Part shown: positions 50,255-59,107 of the stretch, piece by piece
How positions within the stretch are numbered: the stretch's first letter is position 1
Layout of the letters: every line of letters begins with the position of its first letter
Assembly: GCA_020631975.1 (NCBI GenBank)
Contig: JACKGO010000002.1
Location: 71,218 to 135,217, forward strand
Direction: 5' to 3'
Length of the DNA stretch: 64,000 nt
From: Candidatus Nomurabacteria bacterium
GTDB lineage: Bacteria; Patescibacteriota; Saccharimonadia; Saccharimonadales; CAIOMD01
Notes under the pieces: generated by a model
Seen by the model: only the letters and a program-made list of their open reading frames with translations
Database searches by the model: none
Told to the model about the DNA's origin: nothing
Translations under genes and position numbers: made by a program

Positions 50255-50467
50255 ATGACAATTATTGGCTTAAAAGAACTTTCACAAAACGCTGGTAAAA
50301 TTGCAGAGCGTGTAGCAAATGGCGAACGTTTTACTGTTGTTAAAAGGTCAAAGCCGGTGTTTGAGATATTGCCCCCTAGCACTACGGCCGATAACGAACT
50401 GGCTGAATGGACCAAGGACGCTATAAAACAATACCGCCCCGCTCTAGACGCTTTGAGTAAAAAGTAA
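50255..50467 (+). CDS. type II antitoxin, Phd/YefM-like
   Basis: 70 aa. The N-terminus MTIIGLKELSQNAGKIAERVANGERFTVVKRSKPVFEILP fits the antitoxin fold pattern. Its stop overlaps the doc start. Confidence 0.7.
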   Translation: MTIIGLKELSQNAGKIAERVANGERFTVVKRSKPVFEILPPSTTADNELAEWTKDAIKQYRPALDALSKK

Positions 50468-50859
50468 TGCGATACATTAGTGCAGACGATATTGTATTTA
50501 TTCATGATGTCATCATAGTTGAAACAGGCGGTGCTTTAGGGGTAAGAGAGCCTGGGCTGTTGCTATCGATAGCAGAAAAACCAAAGACTCGTTTTGGTAC
50601 GTACGATTTATACCCAGATATATACGTGAAAGCTGCCTCGCTATATGAAAGCATTTGTAATTACCATGTATTTATAGACGGTAATAAAAGAACGGCGGTA
50701 CTAACTATGTATCGGTTTTTATATTTAAATGGCTGTATATTGCTTGCAGATAATAAGACTATAGAAGAATACACTCTTTATATAGTAAACAATAAGCCAG
50801 ACATCACAGAAATTGCTAAATGGATAAAAAAGCATAGCAGAAAGGCAAAAAATATATGA
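50467..50859 (+). CDS. doc: type II toxin, Doc (Fic/death-on-curing family)
   Basis: 130 aa with the Fic-type motif HVFIDGNKRTA. Confidence 0.85.
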   Translation: MRYISADDIVFIHDVIIVETGGALGVREPGLLLSIAEKPKTRFGTYDLYPDIYVKAASLYESICNYHVFIDGNKRTAVLTMYRFLYLNGCILLADNKTIEEYTLYIVNNKPDITEIAKWIKKHSRKAKNI

Positions 50860-51938
50860 GTGTAAGTATTGGAATCGTTGGCCTACCTAACGTAGGTAAA
50901 AGTACCCTGTTTAATGCGTTAACCAATAATAATATATTGGCTGCAAACTACCCTTTTGCGACCATAGAGCCAAATACAGGGATTGTACCAATACCCGACC
51001 CACGGCTAGATGCGCTTGCCAAGCTTTATAACAGTAAAAAAATCATCCCCGCTACGGTAAAATTTACCGATATTGCCGGCTTAGTTGCCGGTGCCAGTAA
51101 GGGCGAAGGTTTAGGCAACCAGTTTTTAAGCCATATCCGTGAATGTGCAGCGATTGTGCAGGTGGTACGTGGCTTTACTGACCCAAATGTTGTTCATGTA
51201 GACAATACCCATAACCCAGCCAACGACATAGACGTCATAAACACCGAGCTTGTACTGGCAGATTTGCAAACACTAGATAAAGTATTGCCCCGATTACAAA
51301 AAGAAGCTCGCACTAACCCAAAATTGAAACCGCAGCTCGATATTTTAAAAGAAGTCCAAGCTATTCTTGACGCTGGCAAACCACTATATAGCGATGAAGG
51401 TTTAAGGTTAGAGGTTATAGGTTATAGAGAGCTGCAACTACTTACGGCAAAACCTATAATTTATTTGTTCAATGTAGATGAAGACAGCCTTAGTAATGCA
51501 GCTGTGCAAACAAAACTTGCACAAATGGTTTTACCAAACGCTGCCTTGTTTGTTAATGCCAAGCTAGAAGATGAACTACGGAGCCTAGACGAGGCCGAAA
51601 GAACAGAGATGCTGGCAGAATATGGTGTACAAGAATCTGGGCTTGTTCAGCTTATACACGCTGCTTATGAAACATTGGGTTTACAAAGCTACTTAACCGC
51701 AGGCGAAAAAGAAGTCCGAGCCTGGACAATAAAAAAAGGCGCTACTGCGCCGCAAGCTGCCGGGGTAATACATGGTGATTTTGAACGCGGCTTTATTGCC
51801 GCTGATGTTGTAGACTACCAAGATTTAATTGCAGCCGGGTCACTGGCAGCTGCCCGCGCTGTTGGTAAAGTGCGTACAGAGGGCAAAACTTACGTTATGC
51901 AGCCTGGTGACGTCGTAGAATTTAAGTTTAACGTCTAG
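50856..51938 (+). CDS. ychF: redox-regulated ATPase YchF
   Basis: 360 aa with G1 GLPNVGKST and a C-terminal TGS-like domain. Its ATG overlaps the doc stop (ATGA). Confidence 0.93.
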   Translation: MSVSIGIVGLPNVGKSTLFNALTNNNILAANYPFATIEPNTGIVPIPDPRLDALAKLYNSKKIIPATVKFTDIAGLVAGASKGEGLGNQFLSHIRECAAIVQVVRGFTDPNVVHVDNTHNPANDIDVINTELVLADLQTLDKVLPRLQKEARTNPKLKPQLDILKEVQAILDAGKPLYSDEGLRLEVIGYRELQLLTAKPIIYLFNVDEDSLSNAAVQTKLAQMVLPNAALFVNAKLEDELRSLDEAERTEMLAEYGVQESGLVQLIHAAYETLGLQSYLTAGEKEVRAWTIKKGATAPQAAGVIHGDFERGFIAADVVDYQDLIAAGSLAAARAVGKVRTEGKTYVMQPGDVVEFKFNV

Positions 51939-51980
51939 CAGTGTAAGTGTTACAGGCCAGTTGTGTACCAACAAACACCA

Positions 51981-52610
51981 CTAGGAACGTCCGGGGTGTA
52001 TCTTTTGTATGAATGTACTGTTTTTGGGAGTTTCTACCAAATGCTGGTAGCGTCTTGCAGCCTGTTTAAATTGTTCCGTGTCGCCCGGTGTCACACCTGC
52101 AAGAGCAGCCACAGATAAACCCAAAAGTACCGCTTCCATAATCCGTTCCTTGGGCGATACAGGCACATCTGTTGGCAACACCTCTACTAAGGGCCCTTTT
52201 GGCAATGCTTTTTGAAGTAACAGACTACCCCTATGGGCGTGGCCCCAGCTCGCCACAACTACTAAGCGGAGACTACGCGTAGAGAAGCCAAGCTCATCAA
52301 TGAGCCCTGCGACATTAGCAGCGTTTTCAAACGTGGTTGTAGACGATGGTTCGCCTATTACCTTCGCCTGTGGGTACAAAGTAAGAATATGCTTACGCAT
52401 GGCATCTGCTTCAGAAATAGGATACTCTTCTTCTGCGGACGGGCCCCAGCCAGATGTTATAGCAAAGTCTGCCTTACCATCTAATAAATGCTCTGCAGCA
52501 GTTGTTGCATTAGCAATAGACCTCTCAGAGACTCCAATTGGCGTATTGCCTCGCCCCAATACTACTAAACCTGTAAGGCGATCTGTTGGTGGTATGTGTA
52601 TATTCTTCAT
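51981..52610 (-). CDS. DUF218 / YdcF-family protein
   Basis: 209 aa. SGWG...SEADAMRKHIL...EPSSTTTFENAANV matches the DUF218 core pattern. Confidence 0.55.
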   Translation of the reverse strand: MKNIHIPPTDRLTGLVVLGRGNTPIGVSERSIANATTAAEHLLDGKADFAITSGWGPSAEEEYPISEADAMRKHILTLYPQAKVIGEPSSTTTFENAANVAGLIDELGFSTRSLRLVVVASWGHAHRGSLLLQKALPKGPLVEVLPTDVPVSPKERIMEAVLLGLSVAALAGVTPGDTEQFKQAARRYQHLVETPKNSTFIQKIHPGRS

Positions 52611-52706
52611 ACGTATACTTTACTTCTTTAATGCATAATAAAACGTGTACTAAAAAGTTCTATGTATATACTATTATTATAATACTTTTATAATTATTTG
52701 TCAATT

Positions 52707-53690
52707 CTATCGATTCAATAGCGTTCCAATAAACCTAACCAACGCGTTTTTGCGATGTGTGGCCTTTTCTTCTGTGCGCTCTTGGCGCATCTGTATCATA
52801 CGCGCAGCTTGGTGTGCTGGTAGCAATAAGCTATTTTGTATCATGTCTATGATTTCATCTACTGTAGTTATTGCGTAGGCACTGCGTAGTGAATCATCAG
52901 TTGGCTCTGTGAGACCCGTCGTTAAATCAACCGCTACAGACGGGGCTTTTGCTTGTTTATAGTAAGCTACTGGCGTGCCACCGTGGGTAATATTTACAAG
53001 TTCTGGCACTGCGGGTTGATTTACAGACTGTGGAGGTCTGAATAATCTTATAGATACATTGGGATGTTGTGGATCCTGTAGGTTGTCTACAGTGCTTAGT
53101 TCATACAAGGCTGACCCTAGTTGAGTAGCAATCAAAGACGGATGTGCGTTATTAATAATGGCGAGTGCAATAAAATATGCTTGGCTACTGCGGTATTCTT
53201 CGTAGTAACGGGAATATTCATCTATGTCATGTGGTATACGCAGGTTTTGCAAGTCTGTTACAACAGCACTATTAAATGGTTCAACAGCGTGTATACCTGT
53301 AAAAGTTTGGTGTGTATTAATTACTGCCGCACTTGGGTGAAGTTGGTATTCTTTGGCAAGGTCATCTATATCAATAGCAGTGATAATATAATTGCTTTCG
53401 TCAAGCAAACTAGCCTCTGACTTTGGTTGTGTAGCGTTGTAAGGGTACTTGTAACTTAAGATGTATGGCTTTAATGTTACCTGTTCAGCTTGTTCACGCT
53501 GTGCCAAGGCTATGATATTTGTTTCTTCTAGATAAGTATCATGGCCATGAGTTTTATCTGGAGTACTTTGTATAAGACCGCTGAGTTCGGGAGACCATGC
53601 ATAGCCCCTCAGCTGCGCAAAACACTGCCGTTGCAATTGCGTGTACAGCTCTGGGTAGCCGTGGCCTTCTGGACTTCTCCCGTTATCCAT
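52707..53690 (-). CDS. hypothetical protein
   Basis: 327-aa ORF with no recognised motif and background composition. Confidence 0.45.
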   Translation of the reverse strand: MDNGRSPEGHGYPELYTQLQRQCFAQLRGYAWSPELSGLIQSTPDKTHGHDTYLEETNIIALAQREQAEQVTLKPYILSYKYPYNATQPKSEASLLDESNYIITAIDIDDLAKEYQLHPSAAVINTHQTFTGIHAVEPFNSAVVTDLQNLRIPHDIDEYSRYYEEYRSSQAYFIALAIINNAHPSLIATQLGSALYELSTVDNLQDPQHPNVSIRLFRPPQSVNQPAVPELVNITHGGTPVAYYKQAKAPSVAVDLTTGLTEPTDDSLRSAYAITTVDEIIDMIQNSLLLPAHQAARMIQMRQERTEEKATHRKNALVRFIGTLLNR

Positions 53691-53809
53691 ACTTATATTA
53701 TATCATACCTGTGCTTTTTAGTCAATTTTTGTAAAAACACTTGTACTATACAACATAGTTGGGTTGGTGGGGCGTGGGCAGTATTGCACCACACGCCCCA
53801 CCTTGGCAA

Positions 53810-54376
53810 TCAGCCCACCAGTATGTACTGACGGGTGCAGGTTGGGGACCAGAACATGGTCTTCACCTTGTTCCAGGCCATGTCTGATAGTACCGGATTT
53901 TTGCCAGGTTGTACCAGCTTGACCACTGGCCGTACCCATCGGTACACCTTGCCATTTTGCCCCACAACGTACGGAACGTTGATTTCGGGCATGAAGGCGA
54001 CGTCAGCCTGAAACTCGCCAGGGCCGAGTTCTTGATCCCATCTGAATACCGTAACTGGTGCAGAGTTAAGTTTCTGCTTGCCACGGAGAATCAGACGAAA
54101 TTTTGCCCACTTGTCGACATACAGTGTGTCGAGAGTAGCGAAGAGGTTGAAGATACGTTCATCATAACTCTCTTCGCCCACAACGACTTGCTGCAGGCAC
54201 CATGGTGGTTGCACGAATGCAGTCGGCTGGGGAGCAACTTCGAACTCTTGGCCGATGTTGTCTGTTGCTTCTGACGAAACCGGTGTCGGCAGGTTCTGTG
54301 CCCAGGCATGCCCAGACACAGTCACGAAGAACACCGTAGCTAACGCTACGGCAACCCTACGAGCTTTTGCTGTCAA
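53810..54376 (-). CDS. secreted hypothetical protein (GC-rich island)
   Basis: 188 aa with a TTG start preceded by GAGAGGA and the signal peptide MTAKARRVAVALATVFFVTVSGHAWA. Line 54001-54060 is 33/60 G+C. A GC hairpin, GGTGGGGCGTG/CACGCCCCACC, lies downstream at about 53768-53803. Confidence 0.6.
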   Translation of the reverse strand: MTAKARRVAVALATVFFVTVSGHAWAQNLPTPVSSEATDNIGQEFEVAPQPTAFVQPPWCLQQVVVGEESYDERIFNLFATLDTLYVDKWAKFRLILRGKQKLNSAPVTVFRWDQELGPGEFQADVAFMPEINVPYVVGQNGKVYRWVRPVVKLVQPGKNPVLSDMAWNKVKTMFWSPTCTRQYILVG

Positions 54377-54452
54377 TGTACCATTCCTCTCAAGAATTCG
54401 GATGATTGCCGAGTACTACTTTAACATAAATTAAAATATTTTACAAGCATAA

Positions 54453-55513
54453 CGTAATGACTCAACAGCTTTGCAACACATAACATGTGGCTGTTCTACA
54501 CTGTAAGTGTACTAATCTAAACAGGAGAACAGCCACATGAGCTATTCTAGCAACCCATTACTACCTAAAGCGAGAGCAGAAGCCGTTAGGCTCGTCATTG
54601 AGCAAAGTATGCCTTTGACAATTGCTGCAAGAAGATGTGGAGTCCACCGCACAACCTTATGGCGTTGGCTACGCAAATGGGAGCTACTAAACCAGAATGT
54701 TCAGCTCACCAATGTCAACCGACCAAAAAGAAACTCAGATTCCCAAGTGCCCAGCAGCTTTCGTCTCGCAGCTTGTACGTGGCGTATACCTACCAACAGT
54801 AGCCGACCTCATTTCTTTGGTCGGGCAGTACCCAATATGGTTGTTGAACGCATTCGGTATTACCGCACTAAGTACAACCGTTGCGCAACAATTGTTCACG
54901 CCTACTGCAAACAAGAAGGTACCGAAGTGTCACTCAGTACGGTTCGTCGGGTATTGTACCGACTCGGGTTGGTGGTACGACAAAAGTGGCAACGTCGGTG
55001 GCGTCCGCCACTACCGCGCCCAGATGTACAGTGTCCAGGTGACTTCATTCAAACCGACACGGTACACCTGTATGATCACCGAACAAAAAAGCGGAGCTAT
55101 TTGTATACACTGGTTGATGTTTACTCTCGTTGGGCGTATGCCGAATACAGTACTGTGCTCAGCCAGCGTGTAGCCGCTGCAGTCATCCAGCGAGGCCAGG
55201 CCTATGCTCAGTTCCGTTTCAAAACCGTCCAGGCTGACAATGGACCCGAATTTAGTAAGAACTTTGAAGAGCTACTTAAAGCGCAAGGTACGACAGTACG
55301 TCACAGTAGAGTGCGACGACCGAATGACAATGCTCACATAGAGCGGTTCAACCGGACAATACAAGAAGAATGTATTGGTTCCACAAATCCATTCTCTAAA
55401 GAACTATATGGCAAGGTAGCAAACTACCTTGCCTACTACAACGAAGAAAGGCTACACTTGAGCTTAGAGTGTAGAACACCAGCGAGTGTTGCAAAGGTGT
55501 TGAACTAATTACG
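54453..55513 (+). mobile_element. IS481-family insertion sequence (1061 bp) with inverted repeats and a 6-bp target duplication
   Basis: The termini are CGTAAT...ATTACG. The left repeat (54453-54479) matches the reverse complement of the right repeat (55486-55513) in about 24 of 27-28 aligned positions with one 1-nt gap. The core TCAACA(G/C)CTTTGCAACAC is shared. GCATAA flanks both ends (54447-54452 and 55514-55519). Confidence 0.85.
54537..55508 (+). CDS. IS481-family DDE transposase (HTH plus rve integrase core)
   Basis: 323 aa with an N-terminal HTH (TIAARRCGVHRTTLWRWLRKW). The DDE context is IQTDTVHL, VQADNGPEF and HIERFNRTIQEE. The RBS is AGGAGAACAGCCAC-ATG. Confidence 0.88.
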   Translation: MSYSSNPLLPKARAEAVRLVIEQSMPLTIAARRCGVHRTTLWRWLRKWELLNQNVQLTNVNRPKRNSDSQVPSSFRLAACTWRIPTNSSRPHFFGRAVPNMVVERIRYYRTKYNRCATIVHAYCKQEGTEVSLSTVRRVLYRLGLVVRQKWQRRWRPPLPRPDVQCPGDFIQTDTVHLYDHRTKKRSYLYTLVDVYSRWAYAEYSTVLSQRVAAAVIQRGQAYAQFRFKTVQADNGPEFSKNFEELLKAQGTTVRHSRVRRPNDNAHIERFNRTIQEECIGSTNPFSKELYGKVANYLAYYNEERLHLSLECRTPASVAKVLN

Positions 55514-55588
55514 GCATAAAAAATACCCACTGGTGTGGGTTTTGGGTGGGCGCTGGGCTGCAAAGCCCTAGCGCCCACCCGTGGTGTC

Positions 55589-56080
55589 TTAGCGACTGAC
55601 GGTGAAGCCTGCCGTCTGGTCAAAGTAGTAGTTTTTGTTGATGGTTATGACGACCGCCAACTGGCACCTAGCGTAGCACTCGACGTGCGGATAGATGACA
55701 TGCCACCGACCCTTGCGCAGTTCACCGCCAGACCAGTAGTCTGTGGTCGCTCCGTCTAGATAGCGCATTGAGTGCAAATGTAGCTCGATGCCACGCACTT
55801 TGCGTGACTTCACAAGCGTTTTGACCGCGGTGACGCGATCGTTACCCTTGTGGCGAACAACACACAGCTTGACCCAAACCCTGACACTTTCGTGAAAGAC
55901 TGTATCTACGTATTGATCGTAGATCTTCCACTTGCGTGTTGGGCAACCAGCGCTGCTCACGTACGCAGGTTGTGCGCTGGCACTCACTCTGCTTAGCGGT
56001 GCAGACATTGCACTCGCAGGCGCAACCGTGCCCACGAGCAAAACAACGCTCGCAAACACAATCTTGGCGATGGTAACCAC
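55589..56080 (-). CDS. secreted hypothetical protein (GC-rich island)
   Basis: 163 aa with a GTG start preceded by GAGGGAG and the signal peptide MVTIAKIVFASVVLLVGTVAPASA. The strong GC hairpin GGGTGGGCGCT...AGCGCCCACCC (about 55541-55577) lies downstream. Confidence 0.6.
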   Translation of the reverse strand: MVTIAKIVFASVVLLVGTVAPASAMSAPLSRVSASAQPAYVSSAGCPTRKWKIYDQYVDTVFHESVRVWVKLCVVRHKGNDRVTAVKTLVKSRKVRGIELHLHSMRYLDGATTDYWSGGELRKGRWHVIYPHVECYARCQLAVVITINKNYYFDQTAGFTVSR

Positions 56081-56148
56081 TCTACATCACTCCCTCTATG
56101 ATGGACGTGTTAAGACTTAACTACTTAAACATATTTTTATGCTTTTGT

Positions 56149-56868
56149 CTATATCTTTAGCAGGTAAAAACGTTCGATATTGCCCTTTGCGCCTTTTATA
56201 TCTGAATCTGCTTTATGTAACACAATAAAATACTGCTTCACCCACGTTTCAAAATCACGCAAAATGCGGCGGCGCATAGCATCATTTTTTATCACACCGT
56301 GGTGTTTACTACCTGCCCCGGCTTCGAACTGTGGCTTACACATGGCTACCACCAGTGTTTTTTTAGAAATTATCGTAGCGATATGCGGTAAAACGTCGCG
56401 CAAGCTGATAAACGAAACATCAATAACAACCACGTCTATGTGTTCTGTGGGCTTAAAATTTCGTATATCAGTTTGTTCGTGAAGACTAATTTTTGTGTTA
56501 CCGCGCAAACTTGGGTGCAGCTGTTGCGTACCTACATCTACAGCGAATACTTTTTTTGCACCATGTTGCAATGCGTAATCTGTAAAACCACCGGTACTGC
56601 TGCCGACATCCAGTACAACTTTGCCATTAAAATCAAGTTTTAGCAGCTGCGCGACACTAGCCAGTTTAAGGCCTGCCCGGCTCACGTATATCTCTTTTGC
56701 AATATTAGTAATCACAGCGCTAGGCGCTACAAAATACCCGGGCTTTTGGATAACTTTTTTATCTACCTGAATATAGCCAAGTCGAATACTATTTTCTGCC
56801 TGAGAACGCGTTAAGGCAAGATCGCGGCTGACGACTGCTTGGTCTAAGCGTTGCTTGGCTTGGGACAT
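56149..56868 (-). CDS. tlyA: TlyA-family rRNA 2'-O-methyltransferase
   Basis: 239 aa with an S4 domain N-terminus (RLDQAVVSRDLALTRSQAENSIRLGYIQVD) and an FtsJ-type SAM motif (VLDVGSSTGGFTD). Confidence 0.88.
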   Translation of the reverse strand: MSQAKQRLDQAVVSRDLALTRSQAENSIRLGYIQVDKKVIQKPGYFVAPSAVITNIAKEIYVSRAGLKLASVAQLLKLDFNGKVVLDVGSSTGGFTDYALQHGAKKVFAVDVGTQQLHPSLRGNTKISLHEQTDIRNFKPTEHIDVVVIDVSFISLRDVLPHIATIISKKTLVVAMCKPQFEAGAGSKHHGVIKNDAMRRRILRDFETWVKQYFIVLHKADSDIKGAKGNIERFYLLKI

Positions 56869-56905
56869 GCGCGCTCCTTGCTCTTTAAAGGCTGCCTATA
56901 GCAAC

Positions 56906-57265
56906 CTATTTCTCACCACGTTCTGGTCTGTCGCCTAGTGATGGTTCGTCATCACCTAGTAGACGTACTTTTAAATCTGCTGTTATGGCTTGCATGCGGC
57001 CAAAGACAGATTCTACAGCGGAGCTCCCAAGATCACTGACGGTTGTATACGCATTTTTTGAACGTTCCTGTACTGTGCTTGTTGTGGCAGTGGCTTTATC
57101 TACGACTGTATCTGTCGCAGTTTTAGCGGTATCTGTTACTACACCTGCTTGCTCTACAATAAAACTACGGAGCTTACCTAGTGTTGATTCGGCTTTTTCT
57201 GTTATGTTAAATGACTTTGCGTCCCATGGTAACCCTAAAAAATCACGTTTATTTCTTTCGCTCAC
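56906..57265 (-). CDS. hypothetical protein (Thr/Ala/Val-rich helical)
   Basis: 119-aa ORF overlapping the efp stop by 17 nt. No motif recognised. Confidence 0.4.
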   Translation of the reverse strand: MSERNKRDFLGLPWDAKSFNITEKAESTLGKLRSFIVEQAGVVTDTAKTATDTVVDKATATTSTVQERSKNAYTTVSDLGSSAVESVFGRMQAITADLKVRLLGDDEPSLGDRPERGEK

Positions 57266-57806
57266 GATATGCTCCTGTTTCAGTATCTATTGATAAAATG
57301 TCGCCCTGCTTAATAAAAGCAGGTACTTTGACTATTATACCTGTTTCTAACGTAGCGTCTTTTAAAACACTGCTTGTTGTGTCGCCTTTTACAACGTCTT
57401 CTGTGTAGGTAACCGCCAAATAGACATTTTTTGGTAGTTCTATGCTAATAACGCGCCCATCAAATGACTGCGCTTTTACTTTATCGCCCTCTTTTAGGTA
57501 GCCTGTTTGGCCCTCGAGCATATCTGCACGAATTTCTATCTGCTCAAAGCTGTCGTCATCCATAAAAAAATAGGTTTGGGCGTCGTTATACAAATATTGA
57601 ACATTTTTGTAGCTAATATCTGCTGGCTCAATAGCTTCGTTGCCTTTAAAGGTCTTTTGCAACACCTTGCCGTCTATAAGGCTTTTTATACGCACATTAA
57701 CAATTGAGCCACCACGACCCATAACTTTTTGCCCGTATTCGAGTACTTTATATGGGTGGCCGTCCATCTGAAAAACAGCTCCCTTTTTTAAATCGGTTAT
57801 TCCCAT
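57249..57806 (-). CDS. efp: elongation factor P (Arg at the loop-tip position)
   Basis: 185 aa. DGHPYKVLEYGQKVMGRGGSIVNVRIK aligns with the E. coli ...VKPGKGQAFARVKLR. This places R31 where K34 lies in E. coli. Confidence 0.92.
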   Translation of the reverse strand: MGITDLKKGAVFQMDGHPYKVLEYGQKVMGRGGSIVNVRIKSLIDGKVLQKTFKGNEAIEPADISYKNVQYLYNDAQTYFFMDDDSFEQIEIRADMLEGQTGYLKEGDKVKAQSFDGRVISIELPKNVYLAVTYTEDVVKGDTTSSVLKDATLETGIIVKVPAFIKQGDILSIDTETGAYRERKK

Positions 57807-57896
57807 TTGTTAGATTATAGAAATTTGATGATAGATAATAGAATCTACTACCTAATTTCTTTCTCCTTTCTTATGATTAACTAGTTGCAAACGAAC

Positions 57897-58243
57897 CTAC
57901 ATTTTATAAATAGAGACACATTGCTCGTATAGGCTATTCATATTTGATTCGCTAATATAACCTATGCCCCTAGCAATGAGAATCTGGTTCTCTGGTTCCG
58001 TCAATAATCCGTTGGCCATAGCGTAAAATTGATCATTTTCCTTGTAAGATTTTCTTCCAAAGCCTTCGGCGATGTTAGAACAAACCGAGACAGATGCTCT
58101 TTGCATTTGGCTAGAAAGGCCATACTGTTCATGTTTAGTAAAAAACTAGAAGTTACTTTGTAGATATGAACTGATAGGTGGTAAGTAGATTGCCATACAC
58201 GCAAATCGCGAAATGACTTTATTCTGACACTTCTATCGGCCAT
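57897..58243 (-). pseudogene. four-helix-bundle protein (23S rRNA IVS-protein family), frameshifted
   Basis: The N-terminal part, SFRDLRVWQSTYHLSVHIYKVTSSF (ORF 58001..58243), and the C-terminal part, TKHEQYGLSSQMQRASVSVCSNIAEGFGRKS... (ORF 57897..58106), are in different frames. The switch is at the A6/T6 run 58140-58145. Confidence 0.75.
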
Positions 58244-58266
58244 AATCTATAATCCTGTATCTACAT

Positions 58267-58473
58267 TTATTTGTTGGCTACAAAAGGTAGCAGCGCAATG
58301 TGGCGAGCTTGCTTGATAGCTCGGGCCAATCGGCGTTGTTGCATTTCTGTTAAGCCAGAACGCTTGCGGCCTTCTATTTGGCCAAACTGGTTGGTAAAGC
58401 GCTGTAAGGTCTTTACATCTTTATAATCAAAATAAATTGCGCCGGTAATTGGCTTTCTTTTTGGCTTTGCCAT
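58267..58473 (-). CDS. rpsR: 30S ribosomal protein S18
   Basis: 68 aa with the ...GLTEMQQRRLARAIKQARHIALLPF motif. Confidence 0.92.
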   Translation of the reverse strand: MAKPKRKPITGAIYFDYKDVKTLQRFTNQFGQIEGRKRSGLTEMQQRRLARAIKQARHIALLPFVANK

Positions 58474-58570
58474 AAAATTTCTCCTCCTGAATTATTAGGT
58501 TTTAGGTTCTAGGTTTTAGGTTCTATTGTATTACTATAACCTGCAACCTTGCCCCTTTAACCTATACTTA

Positions 58571-59023
58571 TTAAAATGGGATTTCTGATAAATCAATTGG
58601 TTCGTCGCTGATGTCTTCTATCACGACATCTTTCTTTTTCTGTGGGCTTGGTGCTGGGGCACTGCCACTTGGTGTATCTGATGCACCTTCGCTACGTCCA
58701 CCCAAAAAAGTGACGTCTTGGGCGACAACTTCTACTTTATTACGCTTTTGGCCATCTTGTTCCCATGTGCGGTTTTGTAAACGACCGCTCACAAGTACTG
58801 GGCGCCCTTTAGTGACGTATTGCTGTACACGCTCACCCAATGGGCCCCAAGCAATAACATCTATGTAATCTGTAGCTTCTTGCCAATTACCTGTCGCATC
58901 TTTATAGCTACGGTTTAGTGCTAAGCTAAAATTACAGACGCTCTGGCCATTAGCGGTAGAACGCAGTTCTGGGTCACGTGTGAGGTTACCCATGAGGGTG
59001 ACTTGGTTAAAACTTCTTGCCAT
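58571..59023 (-). CDS. ssb: single-stranded DNA-binding protein
   Basis: 150 aa with an OB-fold N-terminus (NQVTLMGNLTRDPELR) and an acidic tail ending DLSEIPF. Confidence 0.93.
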   Translation of the reverse strand: MARSFNQVTLMGNLTRDPELRSTANGQSVCNFSLALNRSYKDATGNWQEATDYIDVIAWGPLGERVQQYVTKGRPVLVSGRLQNRTWEQDGQKRNKVEVVAQDVTFLGGRSEGASDTPSGSAPAPSPQKKKDVVIEDISDEPIDLSEIPF

Positions 59024-59107
59024 TTTGATAATTCTCCTTTGCTACTTTACTTAAGTTATTAGTGAGTCGTTTTTAGTAAGTAGTAATTACTAAAATTTCG
59101 GAGGTTA

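Noticed and set aside
54697-55173. 158-aa ORF in an alternative frame inside the transposase
   Set aside because: It is nested in the intact IS481-type transposase CDS. No independent signals support it, and IS481 elements encode a single ORF.
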